DNA of 64,000 nt from IMG/VR virus record IMGVR_UViG_3300025693_000001. The stretch is one strand, 5' to 3'. Shown one piece after another: positions 57,198 through 64,000 of the stretch (position 1 is its first letter; each line of letters opens with the position of its first letter). Source of the DNA: a virus. Its lineage: Duplodnaviria > Heunggongvirae > Uroviricota > Caudoviricetes. The translations under genes and the position numbers were made by a program. A model generated the notes under the pieces. The model saw only the letters and a program-made list of their open reading frames with translations. It was not told the DNA's origin and did not search any database.

Positions 57198-57226
57198 CAC
57201 CATATTTAGGTGATGGATTTTTGGGG

Positions 57227-59488
57227 TTAGTTTACCACTTTCGAAAATCCATCTTTAAATTGCACGTGAAGCTTGTTATTGAATGCGTTATCTAAATCTC
57301 GGTGAGAGATAACAAAGATAGATGATTTGTCATCTTCTGCCTTGCGTTTAATCATGCTAACAGCATTTTGTATGCCACCTGCATCCAAACCAACATCCAA
57401 CACCTCATCCAATACCCACATATTCAGAGGATCGTGCAAGTATTGTAACACATCTCGGAAGGCAAAGGAAAGCGCTAAATTAACTCGACACTGTTGACCG
57501 TTTGAAAGATTGCCATACTGAAGTGACTTACCCAACCTATTAATACTGACTTCCATCTTCGGGGTAAACATTACACTATGTGGTAACCCCATGTCTTTTA
57601 AGTACTTATCCAGTTGTATGTTTAGGTACGGTATTGACTGATTCAGCATGGTTTTGCGAATAAAGCTGTTTTTGTTAGTCAGTAATTTTAGTAAGAATTT
57701 CTGGTGTTCGATCAATTTGTGCAACTCATCGCTACGCTTGGTACCTTTCACGTATACAAATTCGGTACCGTTGACAGATTCGAACAGCTTATCCATGTTG
57801 GTTGTTGGTAGTTTTATGGACTCGAACAATTCAAAGAAAGTTGTATCACCATCAAATTGTTCATTCTGTAAATCTTGCATCTGATCCAACCAAGCGTTTG
57901 TTTCTTTCTTTACAGCAGCTAGAGTTGTCTCCGCAATTGTTAGCTTGTGTTTGTGATCGTCAATACCTTTTTTGTTGAGTGTGCGTTTACCCTCAATCGT
58001 CTTTAGCTTAATTTCCGCTTTACTGAAATCAGCTTTAGCTTTCGTCAGTAACTTCTCCAATTTAGCTCGTTCTTTTGGATCGAATTTTTCTTTTAATTCT
58101 GCAGCCCGTAACACATGTGGGTTTTCCAACGATGCAATCGTATCCAACCGTTCTTTGTTTGATGTTAGCTGTTGTGTGATGCTAGTCAGATAATCCGGAG
58201 TTGCTGTAATCAAATCAGCCACCGTTTTTATCGTGGTTGCTAACCCTTCTGCTGATTCTGCTATTGTTTCTAGTTTACCAACCAATACATCGATGTCAGC
58301 CTCTGCTGTCGTTACAGCATCCTCACACTTCGCTATATTTTTCTTGGTATCTTTAAATGGCTGCGTGCAATACGGACACGTATTATCGTTTAAGTGAGTC
58401 AACTCCTTGTTGTTATCATCAATGATACCTTCGAGAGCTGCAAATTCACCGGTTATTTTGGTGGTTTCGTTATCAAGCTCTTTCTTTTGATCTAACGCGG
58501 CACGGTAAATGTCGTTTTGCTTTGTTTGATATGCAACGTCAACATCCTCCAATTCGGAGATTTTTGCCTCAATCGCTTCTCTTTTGTCGTTCTGATCTTC
58601 TTCCCACACCAACGCAGCTTCTTCCGCAATTAACATATCAGATGCCAAATTTGTAACAACATCCAACTTTAGTTGCGTTGTATCGATCGTTTGCTCTAAC
58701 ACATCACACTCATCGCCAACGTCATCCGATTGATCGCGCAGACGCTCTTCCGCATCTAGCTGTACATTGTTTAGGTGCGCGAGCTCATCGACAGCAACAC
58801 CCAAATCGATGTCATGTTTCTCATTCCAGTCATCGACACGACCGCTGGTGATCTGCAGTTGCTTCATGAATCGGTGACAGTCTTTGTTGTGTTGTTCAAT
58901 GTTACTTTCTTCAGTCTCGAATGATCTAGTTGAGTCTTTGATTCGGTCTTTTAGAATACCAGCCTTATCGGATAGCATCTTCAAGTCCAATAACTCCTCT
59001 AGCATATCCGCTTGATTTCTCATAGGGAGGTTCAAAAACTGCGTATTAATCGCCGAGAATACGATAACTCGAACGAATAGATCGTGGGGCATTCCCAGAA
59101 TCTGTTCAATTTTCGTGTTTGTATTTGATATACTATCGGGTGTGATCTCCTCATCGTCTTCCCACAACTCAACACCATTGCCTTTCAGCTTTCTGTGTCT
59201 GCGGACCTTGTATGTGTGGTTATTCTTCTCGAACACCACAATCACCTCCATATTCTTTCCGTTGATGTGGTTAATCAACCCATCTTTCGATATATCCGAT
59301 ACTGGCTTATCGTATAAACCGTACGATATTGCATTAATTATTGTTGATTTTCCAACACCATTCGAGCCACCATCGTCGACATTTTCACCAACGATCATTG
59401 TAGTGCCTGGTGTTGTCAGGTCAACTTTGGATGGTACGGAACCATATGATTGGAAATTTTGAAATTGTACTGATATTAATTTAGTCAT
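57227..59488 (-). CDS. 46: Recombination ATPase gp46 (Rad50/SbcC-like)
   Basis: NFQSYG, NGVGKS, CPYC hook, LSNGQ signature, LDE..D..LD, ISH. Confidence 0.95.
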   Translation of the reverse strand: MTKLISVQFQNFQSYGSVPSKVDLTTPGTTMIVGENVDDGGSNGVGKSTIINAISYGLYDKPVSDISKDGLINHINGKNMEVIVVFEKNNHTYKVRRHRKLKGNGVELWEDDEEITPDSISNTNTKIEQILGMPHDLFVRVIVFSAINTQFLNLPMRNQADMLEELLDLKMLSDKAGILKDRIKDSTRSFETEESNIEQHNKDCHRFMKQLQITSGRVDDWNEKHDIDLGVAVDELAHLNNVQLDAEERLRDQSDDVGDECDVLEQTIDTTQLKLDVVTNLASDMLIAEEAALVWEEDQNDKREAIEAKISELEDVDVAYQTKQNDIYRAALDQKKELDNETTKITGEFAALEGIIDDNNKELTHLNDNTCPYCTQPFKDTKKNIAKCEDAVTTAEADIDVLVGKLETIAESAEGLATTIKTVADLITATPDYLTSITQQLTSNKERLDTIASLENPHVLRAAELKEKFDPKERAKLEKLLTKAKADFSKAEIKLKTIEGKRTLNKKGIDDHKHKLTIAETTLAAVKKETNAWLDQMQDLQNEQFDGDTTFFELFESIKLPTTNMDKLFESVNGTEFVYVKGTKRSDELHKLIEHQKFLLKLLTNKNSFIRKTMLNQSIPYLNIQLDKYLKDMGLPHSVMFTPKMEVSINRLGKSLQYGNLSNGQQCRVNLALSFAFRDVLQYLHDPLNMWVLDEVLDVGLDAGGIQNAVSMIKRKAEDDKSSIFVISHRDLDNAFNNKLHVQFKDGFSKVVN

Positions 59489-60539
59489 TGTTGTCTGGTT
59501 GTAAGTCTTGGAAAATTGTTATCAACAGGTCATTATCAATGTGTTTGGTTTCTATGCCACCCAACATTTCACATACCATATCATTTGTGTTGGATGATTC
59601 AATCTCGACGATATCTTCATCCACTTCAGTCTCGGCCAACGCTTCTCGGATCTCAGCCGTTTCCTCTAGGTTAAATGCTCGTAGTCCGTAATCATCCATG
59701 AATTTTTTGCGTATAACGCTACCTTCGGAATAGTCAATCGGTACATCAACTGTACATTTCACTCGAGCTCCATTCGCTAAATCAGGATCTTCGAGTAACT
59801 CCGATAACGTCGCTGAGACATACTTCGGACACTCTTCCCAATTTACAAAAGCTAGTGTTTCGGATTCGTGATCGTATGTAGCCAATCCACGCTCGTTGTC
59901 ACCCGCATCACCAAAGTTGGTGGGGAAGCAATTCCCAATATATGTTATGTTTTTTTCGGTTTGTCGCTTGTGAAAATGACCAGATAGTATGGTGGGTTTC
60001 GTGAAATCTTGTGGATCGGGACCACCCTTCATTTTGGTGTTGTGACCAGTGATGACAAAACCGGAAAATTCGAAATGTCCAGCCCAAAATTTCAGGTGCG
60101 AGTATTGAGCTAGCGTTGAATACTCATCGTGGAATAAAAACGGACACAACAACACACCATCGCCTATATTGTCGATGATGGTTGGTTCGTATATAGGTAT
60201 GAAATTATCAAACACTTCAAATTGAACGATTGAGTGAATTTCACGGGAGTGTCGTTTATACAAATCGTGATTCCCGATTATGAAGTAGATTGGGATACCC
60301 AAATCATTCAACATTCCAGCTCCTTTTTGTGAGTAATTTGATGTTAGGATATCAATGGCGCTTCGCTCTTGATTCCAATCACCCAGAAATATGACGTGAT
60401 CAATTTCTGGGTCATCTTGAACATTTTTACAAAACCATTCCAAATACTTGATACAATCTTCGTTGTGTTGGACAGAGTTCGACTTCGCTCCGAAGTGCAG
60501 ATCTGTAAACAAACCTCCCTTCATTAACTGTTTAGGCAT
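59481..60539 (-). CDS. 47: Recombination nuclease gp47 (Mre11/SbcD-like)
   Basis: DLHFG, FLGD, GNHD, GH, SGHFH phosphoesterase motifs. Confidence 0.95.
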   Translation of the reverse strand: MPKQLMKGGLFTDLHFGAKSNSVQHNEDCIKYLEWFCKNVQDDPEIDHVIFLGDWNQERSAIDILTSNYSQKGAGMLNDLGIPIYFIIGNHDLYKRHSREIHSIVQFEVFDNFIPIYEPTIIDNIGDGVLLCPFLFHDEYSTLAQYSHLKFWAGHFEFSGFVITGHNTKMKGGPDPQDFTKPTILSGHFHKRQTEKNITYIGNCFPTNFGDAGDNERGLATYDHESETLAFVNWEECPKYVSATLSELLEDPDLANGARVKCTVDVPIDYSEGSVIRKKFMDDYGLRAFNLEETAEIREALAETEVDEDIVEIESSNTNDMVCEMLGGIETKHIDNDLLITIFQDLQPDNND

Positions 60540-60595
60540 ATATTATTCCCCTTCACATAAATACATTTTGTGAATAATTATTGTGTGGTGTTAGT

Positions 60596-61336
60596 ATGTG
60601 TTATTATGTATATCTTCTTATAGATCCAACAACAAGTCAACCGTTTTATGTGGGTAAAGGTAAAGGTCGCCGTATGTACGATCATTTTCGATTGCGCAAT
60701 AGACTTTCTAATATGTTATTGCGTAACAAAATTCTAAAGATTGAACGATCCGGTGAAAACATCATATATGAAAAATATATTGAAGATGTTGATGAACCAA
60801 CCGCATTCGATAATGAGGTAACGTTAATACAAAAATGGGGCAGAAAGGTTGATGGTTCAGGGATATTGTGCAATGTTTCATCGGGGGGTGAAGGAAATTC
60901 ATCGAGTTGGACCGAGGAACGAAAACGGAATGTCAGCAAGCGAATGAAAGGGCATCGGGGCAACCTCCCTATCATATCCAAACCTGTAACACAGTACGAT
61001 TTGGATGGTAATTTTATTGCTCACTTTGAATCCGCAAAACATGCGGGAGAACAAACGGCTGCTAATAGGTCATACATAACAGCCGTTTGTAGAAAAGTCA
61101 GAAAATCGTCAGGTGGTTTTTTGTGGACATATAACGGAGATCCAAAACCCACATTTGCTAAAACATATTATAGTGCTGTGTCTCAATATAATAAAGATGG
61201 CTCGTTTATTGCTGAGTATCGTTCGATAACTGAAGCTGTGGCTCAGACTGGGATTGGGTTGCATGCGATATCTTCTTGTTGTCGGGGACTGTCAAAGACG
61301 TCGGGGGGTTTTGTGTGGAAATATTCTCCCAGTTGA
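60596..61336 (+). mobile_element. Free-standing homing endonuclease (GIY-YIG-like domain plus two NUMOD1-type domains)
   Basis: YYVY.L.DP....PFYVGKG...R...H, E..LI, L.N...GGEG; two V.QY..DG.FIA...S...A...I..CC....K.SGGF.W.Y units; late core at 60558-60563. Confidence 0.85.
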
Positions 61337-61889
61337 GGTAAGCAGTAACACCTGAACCGATTACCATCAACCCCGCAAATATGATGGTTAGAATTGGATA
61401 CTGTTTTTGTGGTGTTGGAGCCAACTTTTCGTTGTGATCAAGCATTTCTTGCAACCGTGTTTTTGATAGTGCGAGGCTTTCTTTCACTCTGTTTTTTGCA
61501 TCAACCAATACCCGATTTATACCCTCAACGTCTACGTCATCGTTGATACGCCATAACTCTACTCCTACGTTGACTAGAGCAGGGTGAGATGATATGGTTT
61601 GTTGTATTGTGGAGATGAAGCGTTGTTTGGTTGTTGGATCTGCAGGTACCGGAAGATGGTATAATAACCATTTAAGATCTCTAATCTCTCCTGATTTTGA
61701 TGAGCCTAAATTCAAAATTATTGACACTACGCACGCATCGAATAATGCACGATCGGATCCAGATATTGAATCTCTTTTGATCTGTACCAGCCGAGTGATT
61801 GTTTGCTGTGGGGTTTCGGTTAATAGCAATTCCGCCTTGGTGATTGAACCTTCTGTTGCGTTAAAGTTTGTGTTAGTAAATAGTTCCAA
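61206..61889 (-). CDS. Hypothetical protein with C-terminal transmembrane helix
   Basis: AAGGA SD before a TTG at 61889; hydrophobic ILTIIFAGLMVIGSGVTAYL; 3' end overlaps the homing endonuclease gene. Confidence 0.6.
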   Translation of the reverse strand: MELFTNTNFNATEGSITKAELLLTETPQQTITRLVQIKRDSISGSDRALFDACVVSIILNLGSSKSGEIRDLKWLLYHLPVPADPTTKQRFISTIQQTISSHPALVNVGVELWRINDDVDVEGINRVLVDAKNRVKESLALSKTRLQEMLDHNEKLAPTPQKQYPILTIIFAGLMVIGSGVTAYLNWENISTQNPPTSLTVPDNKKISHATQSQSEPQLQLSNDTQQ

Positions 61890-61917
61890 TGTGGATATCC
61901 TTGTTGTGTAAGTTGTA

Positions 61918-62403
61918 TTAAGTAGGATCAGCTTCACCCAATTGTTGTGAAAATTTCTCTTCATCGTCGTTGTGGTGTGAAGCTGCTGCGTGTTCCATTT
62001 GATAGTTTAGGGATGGTGTTAAACCATTCTTAACCATCAGTACATCTCGTACATTTCTGTGTTTCTTTTCTTGGTTTAGATATTGATTGAAAGAGTTTTT
62101 TATACATTGTGTGTAGAACCCAAATGGGTTATCGCTTTTGTCGGGTTTAAACGCTCTCCACGTTCGAACCAACATCATTACCGCATAAGCCTGCATATCT
62201 TCATTGAATGTGTAACCAGCGTATTTGGATGATGATGCGTATTTTTTTGTTAATAGTGTTAGCATTGCCGCTAAGGTATCAGACATTTGATCCTTCTCTT
62301 TGCTTGCAATAACCGCAGCCATTAACACCTTTCGGTCAATGTAATACTTGCCTTTCTTTTTTGGTGTTTTCTTTACTACTACTTTTTCTGATGATCCTGT
62401 CAT
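61918..62403 (-). CDS. 55: Late-transcription sigma factor gp55-like
   Basis: YY.D.K.L, Y.GYTF.EDM, F.P.KS.NPF..YTQ...N.F...L..EKK; AAGGAG SD before the ATG at 62403. Confidence 0.9.
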   Translation of the reverse strand: MTGSSEKVVVKKTPKKKGKYYIDRKVLMAAVIASKEKDQMSDTLAAMLTLLTKKYASSSKYAGYTFNEDMQAYAVMMLVRTWRAFKPDKSDNPFGFYTQCIKNSFNQYLNQEKKHRNVRDVLMVKNGLTPSLNYQMEHAAASHHNDDEEKFSQQLGEADPT

Positions 62404-62424
62404 ATATAGCTCCTTGTTGACAAT

Positions 62425-62453
62425 ACTATACCACAAAATAATAAGACAGACAA
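62425..62453 (-). promoter_or_regulatory. Sigma70-type promoter of the gp55 operon
   Basis: TTGTCT-17 nt-TATAGT; back-to-back with a plus-strand late core at 62460-62465. Confidence 0.7.
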
Positions 62454-62495
62454 CACCCATAAATACGACAATATTATTCGAGGATACAAAACCAA

Positions 62496-63191
62496 ATGCC
62501 AGCCAATCCATATGCAGCAAAACTACAAAACCGACGGGGTGAGTCTGTAATATTCGAGTCGACGCCGGATATTATCGAGACCCGTAATGTTAATTACAGT
62601 TCGATTGAACCAACGCACATGCCAGGACAGATATATACCTATAAGAATACATCATCTCGAGTATATAACGTATCGAATGTTCGGTTCGTGTCGCGAACTG
62701 CTAGTGAAGCACAGCGCAACCTAATCTGGTTGTGGAGAATGCGCGGTTGGACTATGCCGAATTTTGGTGTTAGTGGTACAGTCGACAAGCAGTGGGAGTG
62801 GCCTGAATGGGACACCGCAAACGCACAAGCAGAGAACAAAGCTAGCGAACCCAACCAATTCCATGAGGATCGATCGCAGATATTAGATGAGCAGCGCGAA
62901 GCAGCGGTAAATTATGGTGTTAATCCGATAGGATCACCACCAGATATACTGTATTTTAGTGCTTACTCTGCTGGTGACGCAGCCAGACAACATATAAAAC
63001 GGGTACCGGTCGTGTTGCAACAACTGAGTATACCATATCCTAGTGACGTTGATTATATTCTAACACCACAAGGAGTACCAATGCCAACACTAATGTCGTT
63101 GGATATTACGCTGATAGAAACACACGCACCGAGAGAGTACGAGTCGTTTAGTTTATCAGCATTCAAACAAGGACTGCTGGGAGGCTTCTAA
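62496..63191 (+). CDS. Baseplate tail-tube initiator-like protein
   Basis: TP.I......NY....PTH, G.PP..L.FSAY, PVV.......YP.DVDY, PT......L.E; precedes a gp53-like gene. Confidence 0.7.
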   Translation: MPANPYAAKLQNRRGESVIFESTPDIIETRNVNYSSIEPTHMPGQIYTYKNTSSRVYNVSNVRFVSRTASEAQRNLIWLWRMRGWTMPNFGVSGTVDKQWEWPEWDTANAQAENKASEPNQFHEDRSQILDEQREAAVNYGVNPIGSPPDILYFSAYSAGDAARQHIKRVPVVLQQLSIPYPSDVDYILTPQGVPMPTLMSLDITLIETHAPREYESFSLSAFKQGLLGGF

Positions 63192-63517
63192 TGGCAAATC
63201 CAAACGCAAACTCGGTGTCATCTGGTAAAGGACGATACGTGCAGGGTGGTAAAACGGACGAATTCAGCAACAGGTTGGGTTGGTGGGAACGTATTGTGTT
63301 TGAACCATCACCTGATGATATCACATATACCGTTAGTAGTGGGGAATCGGGTAGACCGGATCTCATAGCTTATCGATTGTACCAAAAAGCAACACTGGGA
63401 TGGGTGGTTCTTCAATTTAACAACATTGTCGATCCTGCAACAGAATTACAAACAGGGACGGTGATAACACTGCCTACTCCTTCGCGTGTATCACTAACAA
63501 TAACAACAGCGTCATAA
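63191..63517 (+). CDS. Baseplate wedge protein, gp53/LysM-like
   Basis: GRPDLIAY.LY....L.WV...FN...DP...L..G..I.LP. Confidence 0.85.
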   Translation: MANPNANSVSSGKGRYVQGGKTDEFSNRLGWWERIVFEPSPDDITYTVSSGESGRPDLIAYRLYQKATLGWVVLQFNNIVDPATELQTGTVITLPTPSRVSLTITTAS

Positions 63518-63519
63518 CA

Positions 63520-64000
63520 ATGTCTATTCCAAGCAACGCATTAGCGAATTATCGCACGTATTCATATCACCAGTTTCTAGCTGTGTGTAGTAGCACTGCA
63601 GCAGCCGAGAGTCTGGGCAACGTATCTAGTGGAAATTTTTCTGCACTACAACACCCAACGGTGGATAGAGCATACACCCCACGATCCACGTCAGGTGGGC
63701 AATACATATTATTGGTTGATGGTATGTCGGATGCTCATCTGAACATATCCAAAGCTAAATGGACCACATCTATTGTACCAGATGCCAAATCATCGAGTGG
63801 TGCGCAAGTTGGAATGGGTGTTGGTGTTGAGGGTGTGATTGAAATATACGAAGCCAATAGTGCTAGATTTATCAGTATTATTGGATCGGCAGCCACGCAA
63901 ATGGGTGTTCCATTTCCATCTCTCAGTTTTATGCTGAAGACGATATTCGTTGGTGAGCGTTTCGATGGTACAAGCGAATACATTACTGATGTGAACCCGT
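63520..64000 (+). CDS. Probable baseplate hub protein, 3'-truncated by window edge
   Basis: ATG at 63520, open to the end (MSIPSNALANYRTYSYH...); follows the gp53-like gene. Confidence 0.65.
   Translation, partial: MSIPSNALANYRTYSYHQFLAVCSSTAAAESLGNVSSGNFSALQHPTVDRAYTPRSTSGGQYILLVDGMSDAHLNISKAKWTTSIVPDAKSSSGAQVGMGVGVEGVIEIYEANSARFISIIGSAATQMGVPFPSLSFMLKTIFVGERFDGTSEYITDVNP

Noticed and set aside
53987-57203. Type IV CRISPR or TnpB-like RNA-guided system (DinG + RuvC + ncRNA)
   Set aside because: No repeat-spacer array or Cas5/6/7-like genes seen; the RuvC protein is ~172 aa with contiguous resolvase motifs and no TnpB zinc finger or wedge region.
62404-62520. Hydrophobic N-terminal extension making gp55 a membrane-anchored sigma factor
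   Set aside because: The extension runs through the promoter region and the divergent gene; a strong AAGGAG SD supports the ATG at 62403.
1-64000. Numerous plus-strand ORFs of 60-260 aa overlapping long minus-strand genes
   Set aside because: Antisense shadows of recognisable genes; no SD, promoter or motifs.
1-64000. tRNA or rRNA genes
   Set aside because: No cloverleaf with T-loop/CCA found by eye in the intergenic gaps; a tRNAscan run would be needed to exclude them fully.

Overview
The window is a 64 kb segment of a large T4-related myophage (jumbo-phage-like) genome, coded almost entirely on the minus strand with the standard genetic code. Recombination and replication genes include UvsX/RecA, gp32 SSB, gp46/gp47, a RuvC-type resolvase, a DinG-like helicase and the late sigma factor gp55. 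The head module has portal, core proteins, protease, scaffold, major capsid protein and both terminase subunits. The neck, tail and baseplate genes are gp13, gp14, gp15, sheath, tube, a tape-measure-like protein and gp26-, gp48/54- and gp53-like genes. About 21 kb encodes putative fibre or appendage proteins, including a tandemly duplicated two-gene module. Two RNA-repair-type enzymes and a GIY-YIG/NUMOD1 homing endonuclease are also present. Two promoter classes are readable: sigma70-type, and T4-late-type (TAAATA). The most notable unexplained features are: (1) a ~480 nt structured non-coding locus between the RuvC operon and the DinG-like helicase; (2) a recurrent design in which late promoters sit inside hairpins that hide the start site of late genes, several of which look leaderless; (3) a predicted -1 frameshift in the tail chaperone gene pair; (4) a duplicated receptor-binding module whose two copies share a 74 bp perfectly identical start; (5) a pseudoknot-like leader on gene 32. 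All assignments come from motif recognition by eye; no database searches were run.
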